Positions 40,618 to 50,832 are shown, numbered from the stretch's first letter. The stretch: 64,000 bases of DNA from Bacteroidota bacterium (GCA_947449315.1 CANFRC010000009.1:71157-135156), one strand, 5' to 3'. The notes: a model not told the origin generated them from the sequence alone. Program-made: numbers and translations.

Positions 40618-43002
40618 ATGAAAAAAGTATCCATTTTCCTATTTGCAATTCTGTTTTCAACAATCGTTTTTTCACAAAACGGAATCATTAAGGGTAAAGT
40701 ATTCAATTCGATCAATAACGAGTCGATTCCTTTTGCTTCTGTTGGAATTTCAACAACTTCAACAACTACCACTACTGATATCAATGGGAATTATGAATTA
40801 AAAAATTTAATTCCAGGCCTCTATAACGTTTCCGTTTCCTACCTAGGGTATAGACAAAAAACAATTTTTGAGATTCAGGTTAACAATTTTACTCCGACAG
40901 TTTTAAATATTCCACTGGAAGAAAAGATCGATAGCCTAAGTGAGATAGAAATAAAAGCGTCGCCTTTTAACAAAACAGAAGAGAGTCCCGTTTCAATGAG
41001 AACAATCGGATCATCTGAAATAGACAGAAATCCAGGTGGCAACAGAGATATTTCAAAAGTTATCCAATCCTTACCAGGTGTAGCATCAACTGTATCTTTC
41101 CGAAATGATATTATTATTAGAGGCGGTGCACCTAATGAGAATCGTTTTTATTTGGATGGAATTGAGGTGCCAAATATCAACCACTTTGCTACACAAGGAG
41201 CTTCTGGCGGACCAGTTGGAATGATAAATGTAAATTTTATTCGAGAAGTAGATTTTTATTCCGGTGCATTTCCTGCCAACCGGGGCAATTCACTCAGTTC
41301 AATTTTTGATTTTAAACAAAAAGATGGTAATAATGAAAAACTTGTTACTACAGCAACCTTAGGCTCATCTGATATAGGATTAACATTAGATGGACCAATT
41401 GGCAAAAAAACCACTTTCATTGCTTCAGCAAGAAGATCGTATTTGGGCTGGTTATTTAAAATTTTAGAACTACCATTTTTACCAATTTATAATGATGCAC
41501 AATTTAAAGCGAAGATTCGTTTCAATGAAAAAAACGAAATATCCTTTATTGGATTAGGAGCAATTGACGATTTTAAATTGAACTTGGATGCAAATAAAAC
41601 AGAACAACAAAAATATATTCTTGGATATTTACCCGTTTTCACACAATGGAATTATGCTTTAGGGGCTAACTACAAGCATTTTTATGAAAAAAGCTATCTA
41701 ACGCTAGTGGTCAGTAGAAACCACTTAAACAATAGATCCTATAAATATGCTAACAATGATTTAAGTAAACCAGAGAACAAAATACTGGATTATACGTCTC
41801 AGGAAATAGAAAACAAAGTAAGAATTGAAGACACCTACAGGCAAAATGGGTTTAAACTAAATTTCGGTGCCGGAATTGAAAATGTCACCTATACTAACTC
41901 TACCTATAATAAAATAACAACTCCATTTGGTCTAACAACTATTGATTTCAACTCAAAATTAAATTTTAATAAATATGCACTATTTGGTCAAATCAGTAAA
42001 GGAGTATTTGATGAAAAGCTAGTGCTATCATTAGGTGCTCGAACTGATATCAATGATTACTCATCAACTATGAGCAATCCGCTCAATCAATTTTCTCCCC
42101 GTTTTTCATTAGCACTCAACATCACCAATAAATTAAGTTTCAATTTGAACATTGGTAGATATTTCCAATTACCCGCATATACTGTTTTAGGTTACAGAGA
42201 TTCTCTAAACCAATTACTAAACAAGCAAAACAAGGTTACCTACATTTCAAATAATCAATTGATTGGAGGATTTGAGTATAATACAAAAATAAATACCAAG
42301 ATAACTGTAGAAGCATTTTATAAATTATATGATAAGTATCCAATGACCTTGAGAGATTCTATTTGTTTGGCCAATCTTGGCGGTGACTATGGAGTTATTG
42401 GAAATGAGCCTGTATCCTCAATTTCAAAAGGAAGGTCCTATGGATTGGAATTTATGATACAACAAAAATTGTATAAAGGATTTTACGGAATCATTGCTTA
42501 TACTTTGGTAAAAAGTGAATTCCAGGACAAAAAAAATAATTACAAACCATCAGCATGGGATAATGGTAACATTGTATCACTCACATTGGGAAAAAAAATA
42601 AAACACAATTGGGAAGTAGGCTTTAAGTGGCGTTATTTGGGCGGAACACCTTATACTCCAATTGATGTAAAAACATCTTCACTTAAATCTGTATGGGATA
42701 TTAACGGCAGAGGAATTTCCGATTACAATCAATTAAACGAAAAAAGGCTGAAGGCATTTCATCAATTGGACCTAAGGATTGATAAAAAATATTTTTTCAA
42801 AAAATGGTCTTTGAATATCTATCTCGATGTACAAAATGCATACAAATATTCTGCACAGCAACCACCGGTATTACTATTGGATAGAGATGCGTTAGGAAAT
42901 TCACAAACTGATCCGAATGATCCTGCTTCTTATAAAACTAAAATGATTGACAATTCTTCTGGCACAATGCTTCAAACATTAGGTATTATAATAGAATTTT
43001 AA
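40618..43002 (+). CDS. TonB-dependent outer-membrane receptor with N-terminal carboxypeptidase-regulatory-like domain (ORF open from 40585)
   Basis: Signal peptide MKKVSIFLFAILFSTIVFSQ, CarbopepD_reg-like (GIIKGKVFNS…INGNYELKNLIPGLYNVSVSYLGY), plug region, C-terminal beta-barrel ending in a hydrophobic-x-F terminus (IIEF). Confidence 0.75.
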   Translation: MKKVSIFLFAILFSTIVFSQNGIIKGKVFNSINNESIPFASVGISTTSTTTTTDINGNYELKNLIPGLYNVSVSYLGYRQKTIFEIQVNNFTPTVLNIPLEEKIDSLSEIEIKASPFNKTEESPVSMRTIGSSEIDRNPGGNRDISKVIQSLPGVASTVSFRNDIIIRGGAPNENRFYLDGIEVPNINHFATQGASGGPVGMINVNFIREVDFYSGAFPANRGNSLSSIFDFKQKDGNNEKLVTTATLGSSDIGLTLDGPIGKKTTFIASARRSYLGWLFKILELPFLPIYNDAQFKAKIRFNEKNEISFIGLGAIDDFKLNLDANKTEQQKYILGYLPVFTQWNYALGANYKHFYEKSYLTLVVSRNHLNNRSYKYANNDLSKPENKILDYTSQEIENKVRIEDTYRQNGFKLNFGAGIENVTYTNSTYNKITTPFGLTTIDFNSKLNFNKYALFGQISKGVFDEKLVLSLGARTDINDYSSTMSNPLNQFSPRFSLALNITNKLSFNLNIGRYFQLPAYTVLGYRDSLNQLLNKQNKVTYISNNQLIGGFEYNTKINTKITVEAFYKLYDKYPMTLRDSICLANLGGDYGVIGNEPVSSISKGRSYGLEFMIQQKLYKGFYGIIAYTLVKSEFQDKKNNYKPSAWDNGNIVSLTLGKKIKHNWEVGFKWRYLGGTPYTPIDVKTSSLKSVWDINGRGISDYNQLNEKRLKAFHQLDLRIDKKYFFKKWSLNIYLDVQNAYKYSAQQPPVLLLDRDALGNSQTDPNDPASYKTKMIDNSSGTMLQTLGIIIEF

Positions 43003-43020
43003 ATGAATGGACGCCGCGTA

Positions 43021-44379
43021 TTATTTAATGACCTGATCTCCTAACTCTTTAAAATCAATACCATCAAAGTTGCCTGAGCTCATCATCAGTAAATTTTTAT
43101 TGTCATAATTCATTTTTAATAACTCTTGAATCAATTGATCTGAGTTTGTAATAACATGAATGTTGTTTCCTCCGAAGGCATTTTTCACTTGCTCTTCAGT
43201 GATGGGCTTTAATTTTTTATGCTCAATCGTATGTTGATTATAGTAAACAATTGCAACATCAGCCAGTTGCATCGAACTTTTATACTCTTTCAAAAACTCA
43301 TCGGTTAAACTACTGAATGTGTGTAACTCCATGCAGGCAACTAATTTTCGCTCAGGAAATTGCTTTTTAACAGCCTGAGTTGTGGCTTTTAGCTTGGAAG
43401 GTGAGTGAGCAAAATCTTTATACATGGCAGAAACATCATTTCTTTTTACTAATTCCAATCGTTTTGCAGCTCCTTTAAAACTTTGAATTGCCTCGTAAAA
43501 TTGGTCATCATTCAAACCAAGTTGGTTACATACAAGGCGGGCACCATTAATATTCATCAGATTATGATCACCAAAAACTAGCAATGGAATAGATGTCGTA
43601 TTTGTATTTATAAAAGTTGTACCATTTTCGATTTTATTTTCCGGAATTGCATACGGAAACTTCTTAATATCCTTTCTGGCATGCTCACACACTTTTTTTA
43701 CTTCCTTGTCTAATTGACAATAAACAAGGCTTCCACCCTCCTCGATTTGATCGACAAATAGTTTAAATTGTTCCACATAAAAATCGAAAGTTGGAAATAC
43801 ATTAATGTGATCCCAAGCTATTCCACTTAAAATAGCAATATTAGGTTTGTACAAATGAAACTTAGGACGTCTGTCGATCGGTGAAGATAAATACTCATCA
43901 CCTTCAATAATGGCAATTTTTGCTTCTTTTGTTAATTTCACCATGGTATCAAAACCTTCCAATTGAGCCCCTACTAAATAATCACAATCTATCGTATGAA
44001 AATTTAACACATGTAATATCATGGCAGTAATTGTTGTTTTACCATGGCTTCCACCAACAACAACACGGATCTTATCTTTAGTTTGCTCATAAATATATTC
44101 AGGATACGAATATATTTTCAATCCCAATTCCTGAGCTTTCAATAATTCCGGATTATCAATACGGGCATGCATACCCAGTATGACAGCATCTAATCCTGAA
44201 TGAATATTAGTGACATCCCAACCTTGTTTGGCGGGTAACAAATTTAATTTTGCTAAACGACTTTTAGAAGGTTCGAAAATTTCATCATCAGAGCCAGTTA
44301 CATGAAACCCTTTTTTATGCATGGCTATTGCCATATTGTGCATGGCACTACCACCAATTGCTATAAGATGTACGTTCAT
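43021..44379 (-). CDS. mpl: UDP-N-acetylmuramate:L-alanyl-gamma-D-glutamyl-meso-diaminopimelate ligase (Mur ligase family, peptidoglycan recycling)
   Basis: MNVHLIAIGGSAMHNMAIAMHKKGFHVTGSD… (MurC/Mpl N-terminus), GSHGKTTITAM P-loop. 452 aa. Confidence 0.8.
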   Translation of the reverse strand: MNVHLIAIGGSAMHNMAIAMHKKGFHVTGSDDEIFEPSKSRLAKLNLLPAKQGWDVTNIHSGLDAVILGMHARIDNPELLKAQELGLKIYSYPEYIYEQTKDKIRVVVGGSHGKTTITAMILHVLNFHTIDCDYLVGAQLEGFDTMVKLTKEAKIAIIEGDEYLSSPIDRRPKFHLYKPNIAILSGIAWDHINVFPTFDFYVEQFKLFVDQIEEGGSLVYCQLDKEVKKVCEHARKDIKKFPYAIPENKIENGTTFINTNTTSIPLLVFGDHNLMNINGARLVCNQLGLNDDQFYEAIQSFKGAAKRLELVKRNDVSAMYKDFAHSPSKLKATTQAVKKQFPERKLVACMELHTFSSLTDEFLKEYKSSMQLADVAIVYYNQHTIEHKKLKPITEEQVKNAFGGNNIHVITNSDQLIQELLKMNYDNKNLLMMSSGNFDGIDFKELGDQVIK

Positions 44380-44551
44380 TTTTATTTCAAATTATGATTA
44401 AAATATCATTCATTGACATTTTAAATTTGGAATAAACTTAGGAAATCAAACAACAAGAAGATGTAATTGCTTAAGAAGTTTTAAACACTCTGCTGTTATA
44501 TTATTTAATAAAGAAATAAATTTGAACCTAGCAGTTTCTAGGAAACAATAA

Positions 44552-45913
44552 CTACTTTTTCAACCTAGGATCCAAGGCATCTCTTAATCCATCTCCTAAT
44601 ATATTAAATACAGCAATAGTAACAAATAGTGCAATGCCAGGAAAAAACACCAACCACCAAGCACTGAACTGCTGCCAGCCTGAATTTAACAAAGAACCCC
44701 AAGTTACTGATGTTGGTGGCACACCTATCCCTAAAAATGACAAAGTAGATTCAATTAAAATTGCTGATGCTACACCAAATGCGATAGCGGTAAATGCTGG
44801 AGCCAAACCATTAGGAAGCGCATGCTTAAAGATGATCCGAAATTCTTTAAACCCCATAGCATGTGCCGCCTGAATATATTCTAGTTTTGATATCCTCAGA
44901 AATTCGGCTCTTGTCAGTCGCGCTATTGCAGTCCAGGATATAAGTCCAATTATCACGATCAAATTAACTATCGATTTTTCTTTTGTAATCGCGGAAAGAG
45001 AAATGATCAAAATCAACAATGGCATCGACAGAAGCATTTCGATCAACCTTGAAACAATTGAATCAACTGGAATAGTTACAATTTTGTTTAAGAAAGCTAT
45101 CTGGCCCACTAATTTGCCTATCCAATAAAACAAAAAAAGAATGATTGAGAAAATAAGCAAACTAAAAATCAACTCATAAAGAATTGAGAAACTAGAAATA
45201 CCAAAACTATCTACTATTGCATAAGACCGAACAGAAAAGGCATAAAAATAAGCTAGGAGAATGCCCAAAATAAATGTCCAGAAGGCCCCTCTTGAAGTTT
45301 GTAATTTGTGATCTCCAAAATAACCCGCCATAGCACCAAGTAAAATCCCTAAAATCGAAGCAATTCCTATCGATAAAATACCGATTGTTAAAGAAACCCT
45401 CGTCCCATTGATAAGCCCCGACAATACATCTTCACCACGTTTATTCGTTCCTAGCCAATGACGGAATTTTAATGGGATGTTTACAGACTGTCCTTCATTA
45501 TTTAAAAAAAATTGCTTTCCAGCAGGAGAAACATAATTCGCATTTTCAAAATCTGTTTTATTGGGTGCATATGGAATAGGCGCAAAAATAATTGTAGTAG
45601 CAGCTAAGTGCTTCCAATCTGCAATATCATATTGAAGCATTTCAATTGTACCATCTATATTTTTTATCTCACAATTAGTAGCAAGAGAAAAAGCAGGAAA
45701 CATATTAACCCCTTTATATTTACAATACAAAGGCTGATCTGTGGCAATAAAAGGAGAAACGATGGCTAGACCAATAAGGAAAAGTAAAATCCTGAAAGAA
45801 TAAAAAGCGAACTTATTTTTTCTGAATTGCGACCATGCATATTTTTTAAAACTGAAATCATTGGTAATTTTCATTTCAATTGATGTTTCCATATTTGCAG
45901 CCTCCTCTTTCAT
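44552..45913 (-). CDS. ABC transporter permease (OppC/DppC-like, peptide/nickel family)
   Basis: 6-TM permease with EAA-like loop (…AAHAMGFKEFRIIFKHALPN…). Confidence 0.8.
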   Translation of the reverse strand: MKEEAANMETSIEMKITNDFSFKKYAWSQFRKNKFAFYSFRILLFLIGLAIVSPFIATDQPLYCKYKGVNMFPAFSLATNCEIKNIDGTIEMLQYDIADWKHLAATTIIFAPIPYAPNKTDFENANYVSPAGKQFFLNNEGQSVNIPLKFRHWLGTNKRGEDVLSGLINGTRVSLTIGILSIGIASILGILLGAMAGYFGDHKLQTSRGAFWTFILGILLAYFYAFSVRSYAIVDSFGISSFSILYELIFSLLIFSIILFLFYWIGKLVGQIAFLNKIVTIPVDSIVSRLIEMLLSMPLLILIISLSAITKEKSIVNLIVIIGLISWTAIARLTRAEFLRISKLEYIQAAHAMGFKEFRIIFKHALPNGLAPAFTAIAFGVASAILIESTLSFLGIGVPPTSVTWGSLLNSGWQQFSAWWLVFFPGIALFVTIAVFNILGDGLRDALDPRLKK

Positions 45914-45918
45914 CTCAT

Positions 45919-47397
45919 TTATTTTTTAAAAGAAATTCGGGGATCAACAATAGCATATAAAATATCCGAGATCAAATAACCAAGCAAGGTTAAAAAACCC
46001 GATATAGTTAGTGCAGCTATAATTACAGGATAATTATTATTTTGAATGGCATAAACTGCTTCAGAGCCTATTCCAGGAATAGTAAATATGCTTTCTATAA
46101 TTATAGAACCGCCAATAGCTGCAGGAAAAACATTTGCAAAAACAGTGATGATGGGAAGCAGTGCATTTCGGAGAGCATGTTTCCAGATGACGGTATTCTC
46201 CGGCACCCCTTTCGCATAAGCTGTTCTGATATAATCCTGCTCTAAAACTTCAAGCATAGCACCTCTCATGATCCGTGAAAGAAAACCAAATGAACTATAG
46301 GTAAAACATATTAACGGTAGAATAATATAGGGAATAGAGGCCTTTATTTTTTGAAATAACGATGCACTTTCAGGGTATCCCAAAGCTGGTTTTACACCCG
46401 ATGCTGGAAATAAATGCAGCATATCTGGATTTGCAAATGTCATTAATAATAAGGTTGCCAACCAAAACGATGGCATTGAATAAAGCATAAAAAAAATAGC
46501 CGAAGTAGTTTTATCAAATCGGGAACCACGCTTTGCAGCAGCTTTTATACCGACGGGAATACTTATTAAATATGCCAGGATTACAGAAAGCATTGAAAAA
46601 AGTAGTGACCAGCCAATTTTTGAATAAATTACATCTGAGACAGGCTGTTTGGTAATATATGATGTCCCGAAATCACCATGAATCAAACCTTTTGAATAAT
46701 TCCCTCCATCACCAAAAAGCCAACGGTGGTATTGATTCTTATACCCATAAAAAATAATTTTCGGAATGTAATTTTTCCAGACTGTTGACGTGTTCTTTAT
46801 TTTATTATAATTTGCCTTTGAGGTTGAAAAAGTTATTTGAAGTTTTGATAAAAAAGGAAATAAAGAAAGAAGTTTTTCAATGTTAGAAATTTTTAAATCT
46901 ATTACTGAAGCAGTATAGGATGACTTTAAACTCAATGCTTCAAACCTAATCTGATTAAGCGTTTCCAAAATAGCACTTCTATCTACAAATCGAATTTCAT
47001 TAGTATCCAGAACAAATGCAGCTTGTTCCTTGTAAAAATTATTCAATGAAGCATAATATTCCTCTATCTCCTTCCAATTACCGTATTGATGAATCAAACG
47101 CCCAAGCGCTTCTCTTTCATTTTTATCATAGATCTTATAGAGCGTATCCGGAAACGAAAATGGAGAGAGTGAAAAATAAAAAATGGGAAGATCCAAACCC
47201 AATTTTTTACGCCATATTTTTTTTTGTTCTAATTGGTTTATTGCTTGAGCAGCGGTTTCTCCTCCATCCTGAGAAGCGACAACCATTCGTTCAACTGGAT
47301 CACCGGGAGCATTCACACTAATCATAAACCCTAGAAGAGTTATTGCAATTAGTGTAGGAATAAAAATTAATATTCGTTTGAAAATATATCTAAGCAT
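45919..47397 (-). CDS. ABC transporter permease (OppB/DppB-like) with long periplasmic insertion
   Basis: N-terminal TM, ~220-aa extracytoplasmic insertion, C-terminal 5 TM with EAA motif (TAYAKGVPENTVIWKHALRN). Confidence 0.8.
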   Translation of the reverse strand: MLRYIFKRILIFIPTLIAITLLGFMISVNAPGDPVERMVVASQDGGETAAQAINQLEQKKIWRKKLGLDLPIFYFSLSPFSFPDTLYKIYDKNEREALGRLIHQYGNWKEIEEYYASLNNFYKEQAAFVLDTNEIRFVDRSAILETLNQIRFEALSLKSSYTASVIDLKISNIEKLLSLFPFLSKLQITFSTSKANYNKIKNTSTVWKNYIPKIIFYGYKNQYHRWLFGDGGNYSKGLIHGDFGTSYITKQPVSDVIYSKIGWSLLFSMLSVILAYLISIPVGIKAAAKRGSRFDKTTSAIFFMLYSMPSFWLATLLLMTFANPDMLHLFPASGVKPALGYPESASLFQKIKASIPYIILPLICFTYSSFGFLSRIMRGAMLEVLEQDYIRTAYAKGVPENTVIWKHALRNALLPIITVFANVFPAAIGGSIIIESIFTIPGIGSEAVYAIQNNNYPVIIAALTISGFLTLLGYLISDILYAIVDPRISFKK

Positions 47398-47465
47398 ATT
47401 TCAGTTGATCAACAAAGGGAAATACAAACCAAATCCACTATCAAAATTATGAAAAGGACAAAAAA

Positions 47466-49370
47466 CTAATTTGCAGAGGTTGACATTTTCATGGAAGAAC
47501 CACTATTTAGCAAGCGTAAATTACTTAACCAAAGGCAAGGTCGTTCATAATACATTTCCTGATTTCCAAAACGCTTATGCATCACAATTCTTCTTACCCC
47601 TGCAAATAAAAAGATATATGGCTGCTCATCGTATACTATCGATTGGAATCTTTTTATCATAGGAATCGATTTTGCAGTATCGAGTGTGTGTTTTATTGAA
47701 TCTATTAATGCATCCGATTGAACAGAACCAAAACCCGTAAAATTAGATCCTTTTGAAACCCATGAAGACGTATGCCATAATTGGGTGTAATCTTCCGGAA
47801 AAACAGTACCACCCCAAGATGCAATAAACATGTCAAAATCATGATTACTTGCTTTCTCATTCAGTACAGAAGGATTTTCAGAATCTATATTTGCCTTCAC
47901 CCCTGCCTTATTCATTTGTTCTGAGACCATTTCGGCAAGATCTTTCCACTCTACTGAAGTAGCAAAAAATCCTAGATTAAATTCCATTTTCACTTTTTCT
48001 CCATCTATCATTTTATCGCGAATATTATCGCCATCCGTGTCTTTCCAACCAGAATCATCCAACAACTTCTTAGCGCCTTCCACGTCAAATGGAAGCAACT
48101 TCAATGCTGAATTGTATTCGGGTTTAAGCGGAGACACAGGTCCAACTATACGTCTGTTTTTACCTTTCTGGACAATCCTAATCACTTCATCAATCGGAAC
48201 AAGCAATGCCATTGCTCGTCTAACTTTTTTATCTGTGAATATTTTTTTATGTTTTATTCCATCAGGCTTCATGTTCATAGCTATGTATGCATAGTTATAA
48301 GTATCTATAAATCGAGAATTATAATTAGCATTAAAATTGGCATCTGCCTGAAGCTCCATTAATGTTTTTGAAGATAAAGAAGTTGACGCATCTAGTGTCT
48401 GTGCTTTAAATTCAAGCTTTTGAGAATTTGCATCTGTATTTAGTTTAAACAGTATTGTTTCCGGAAAAGCAGTTTCAAAAGCTGAATTACTGACATCAGA
48501 CCAATGATTTTTCTTTTTAACAAGAGTAATGCTTTGTCCGGCATCCCATTTTTCGAAACGATAAGGACCTGCTCCAACAATAAAATTTGGATCACGACTG
48601 TATTTTGCACTGTTAAAATCTGTAGCCCAGTCTATCAAATCTTTTTGCATTTCTGCATTAAAATTTTTATCCGAAAATTGCGCAATTGTATATTTGGAAA
48701 GCACGTTCTTTTTATCAAAAAAGGATCGCTGCATGATAGGAAATGTAGTCAGAAAAGAAATATTTTGAATGTATTTATCTTTCATGATCACTTTAAATTT
48801 AGTAGGATCGGTTTTATCGAATACAATATCAATCAGATTTTCTAAATAGGGTTTCGCATTTGGATTGTTTGTCAAAGGGCATTTATTGGCCTTAAAAGTA
48901 AAAAGAACATCTTCCATTGAAAGTGTACTGCCATCATCAAACTTAATATCATTGCGCAATTCGTAGGTATATTCCTTCCCGTTATCAGAAATGACAGGCA
49001 TCGACTTTACAGCAATGGGTCTCATTGTTAAAGATTGAAAATCAGTACCTATCAAAAACACTTGTGTATAGCCCATTATTTCAGCCCTGCAAGCGTTCAG
49101 GCCATTTGTAGGATGCATTTCATCTGGCTCACCCACAATATGATACACCATCACATTTTCGGATGACCATGAAGGCAAAAATGCCTGTGAATCTTCGATC
49201 TTAATGTACGTTGATGCATTCTGATTACTTTTCTCAACATGACCACTTGCTGAGTCATTCTTAACGGATTCGTTTGCACCGCACCCCAAAAAAAAGGCTA
49301 TAGAACAAACGAAAATGAAACAAGAAACTGCAGTTCTGATAGACATAAGGCGGTATTTAAAAAATTTCAA
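47466..49370 (-). CDS. ABC transporter substrate-binding lipoprotein, family 5 (peptide/nickel). Lipobox FFLGC suggests the start is at MSIRTAV.
   Basis: Signal plus lipobox (…AFFLGCGAN), SBP_bac_5-like length and composition. Immediately upstream of two Opp-like permeases. Confidence 0.75.
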   Translation of the reverse strand: MKFFKYRLMSIRTAVSCFIFVCSIAFFLGCGANESVKNDSASGHVEKSNQNASTYIKIEDSQAFLPSWSSENVMVYHIVGEPDEMHPTNGLNACRAEIMGYTQVFLIGTDFQSLTMRPIAVKSMPVISDNGKEYTYELRNDIKFDDGSTLSMEDVLFTFKANKCPLTNNPNAKPYLENLIDIVFDKTDPTKFKVIMKDKYIQNISFLTTFPIMQRSFFDKKNVLSKYTIAQFSDKNFNAEMQKDLIDWATDFNSAKYSRDPNFIVGAGPYRFEKWDAGQSITLVKKKNHWSDVSNSAFETAFPETILFKLNTDANSQKLEFKAQTLDASTSLSSKTLMELQADANFNANYNSRFIDTYNYAYIAMNMKPDGIKHKKIFTDKKVRRAMALLVPIDEVIRIVQKGKNRRIVGPVSPLKPEYNSALKLLPFDVEGAKKLLDDSGWKDTDGDNIRDKMIDGEKVKMEFNLGFFATSVEWKDLAEMVSEQMNKAGVKANIDSENPSVLNEKASNHDFDMFIASWGGTVFPEDYTQLWHTSSWVSKGSNFTGFGSVQSDALIDSIKHTLDTAKSIPMIKRFQSIVYDEQPYIFLFAGVRRIVMHKRFGNQEMYYERPCLWLSNLRLLNSGSSMKMSTSAN

Positions 49371-49523
49371 AATGTACTACAAATATACTATTCCCCGCTG
49401 ATTATTACATCAAAAACAGGTCGAGTTTCGAAATGCATCGATTTGCTAATTTTGGGAATATTTTACTTTTTGTTTTACAATAGCAAATCTTTTTCTACAT
49501 TTGCATTCCTTAAAAAAAGGCTT

Positions 49524-49613
49524 TGGAGAGATGCCTGAGTGGCCGAAAGGAACAGTTTGCTAAACTGTCGTACTGGGAAACCGGTACCGAGGGTTCGAAT
49601 CCCTCTCTCTCCG
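49524..49613 (+). tRNA. tRNA-Ser (anticodon GCT), long variable arm
   Basis: GGAGAGA…TCTCTCC acceptor stem, D-loop AGTGGCCGAA, anticodon stem-loop ACAGT-TTGCTAA-ACTGT, long extra arm, T-arm GGTTCGAATCC. Confidence 0.85.
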
Positions 49614-49628
49614 CTGAAAAATTACAAA

Positions 49629-49668
49629 AGATCTGCTCTGATTATCAGGGCAGATCTTTTTGTTTTTA
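49629..49668 (+). terminator. hairpin plus T-run after tRNA-Ser
   Basis: agatctgctctga-ttat-cagggcagatct followed by tttttgttttt. Confidence 0.4.
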
Positions 49669-49890
49669 GCAATGACTAACCCTTGAATTTATCTCACTAA
49701 TTTTTATTTTGGGGATCAATAGCAATAAATACCTGTGCATTGCTTTCATTGGTATTGTTTGCGATCAAACGTGAATGAGATAAATTATGGTAAATAGTCA
49801 ATAGGAATTATAAACTTTTTTATTAAAATCTTTGCAGAATAAAAAATAATGGTACATTTGCATCCGCATTTATAGTTCTTTATAGTAGTT

Positions 49891-49964
49891 CGGGGCGTAG
49901 CGTAGTTGGTTATCGCGCCTGGTTTGGGACCAGGAGGTCGCAAGTTCGAGTCTTGCCGCCCCGA
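49891..49964 (+). tRNA. tRNA-Pro (anticodon TGG)
   Basis: CGGGGCG…CGCCCCG acceptor stem, anticodon stem-loop CCTGG-TTTGGGA-CCAGG, T-arm GGTCGCAAGTTCGAGTCTTGCC. Confidence 0.85.
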
Positions 49965-50048
49965 CAAAACAAGTGGTTAATGGTTATTTGTTATATTTTA
50001 CTTATAACATATTATCGTTAACCATTTTTGTTAGTAGCCTTTTAAAAT

Positions 50049-50122
50049 GATCCCATAGCTCAGCTGGATAGAGCAACGGTTTTCTAAACCGTAGGCCTTT
50101 GGTTCGAATCCAAATGGGATCA
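50049..50122 (+). tRNA. tRNA-Arg (anticodon TCT)
   Basis: GATCCCA…TGGGATC acceptor stem, D-arm TAGCTCAGCTGGATAGAGCA, anticodon loop TTTCTAA, T-arm GGTTCGAATCC. Confidence 0.85.
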
Positions 50123-50180
50123 CTAAAGCATACTGATAATCAATTAGTTAGCTGTTTGTATTGACAATATTATTGACAAA

Positions 50181-50218
50181 AAAAGGGTTTCTGATTAATT
50201 TCTGAAACCCTTTTTTTG
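50181..50218. terminator. strong bidirectional hairpin terminator downstream of the tRNA cluster
   Basis: aaaaaaagggtttctga-ttaat-ttctgaaaccctttttttg: 11-bp stem flanked by an A7 and a T7 run. Confidence 0.5.
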
Positions 50219-50285
50219 TAATAAAAATAACTGATGAGAATCTATTCTGAGTAATCTAAAAGAAGAAACATAAGTAACATCCAAA

Positions 50286-50398
50286 ATGCTGATAAATCCA
50301 TATTATGTTTATGGTGGTTCAGGTGTTATCCTGATTTTAACAACAGCAGTTATTATTTTGATTTTTAAAAGGAAAAATAAGACCGATGAAGTCGCATA
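50286..50398 (+). CDS. putative 37-aa hydrophobic single-TM peptide (unlisted small ORF)
   Basis: ATG…TAG ORF MLINPYYVYGGSGVILILTTAVIILIFKRKNKTDEVA: hydrophobic core plus basic C-terminus. No RBS can be judged. Speculative. Confidence 0.2.
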
Positions 50399-50651
50399 GA
50401 ATGTTTGTAATCATCAATGCTAATCGCTGATCATCACTTTTCATCGTTTTTAATCGCATTTCAGCGATTAACATCGCTGTTCATCGCTGAGAAGCGCATC
50501 TCATTTCTCAAAAAACTACCCGCTATCGACTCATCATCAATTGAAAAAACTGCTCTTTTTTAGAGTTTTACAGGCTTTATTAAGTTACACAAATCTGTAA
50601 CGTAATAAACATTTATACATTTTACAATACATTGTAAAATGCTGAATTTAG

Positions 50652-50832
50652 TATAAAGAAGCTTTGCGTCATACCAATGTTGCTTTGATAAAAGTGTTGG
50701 AAGGCTTGAACAATAATGTGACTGGCGATTTCTTAGCGATGGATATCCGCACCTCGCTTCATCATCTGGGTGAGAACACCGGAGAAATTTCGAGTGACGA
50801 TCTATTAGCGATTTTTTTTAGTCGATTTTGTA
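50652..50832 (+). pseudogene. mnmE: 3'-terminal fragment (last ~60 codons) of tRNA-modification GTPase gene mnmE (trmE/thdF), truncated by upstream in-frame stops
   Basis: In-frame translation [63 protein letters not shown] matches the conserved MnmE C-terminus, including the terminal FCIGK. Stops (TGA, TAG) lie immediately 5'. No G-domain is present. Confidence 0.7.

Noticed and set aside
49785-49967. 60-aa minus-strand ORF
   Set aside because: It completely overlaps tRNA-Pro (49891-49964) and its upstream spacer. It is an artefact.
50400-50520. Possible CRISPR array suggested by repeated ATCGCTGA / TCATCG units
   Set aside because: The repeats are 8-9 nt, irregularly spaced and partly palindromic. 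There is no 25-40-nt repeat-spacer periodicity and no cas genes.
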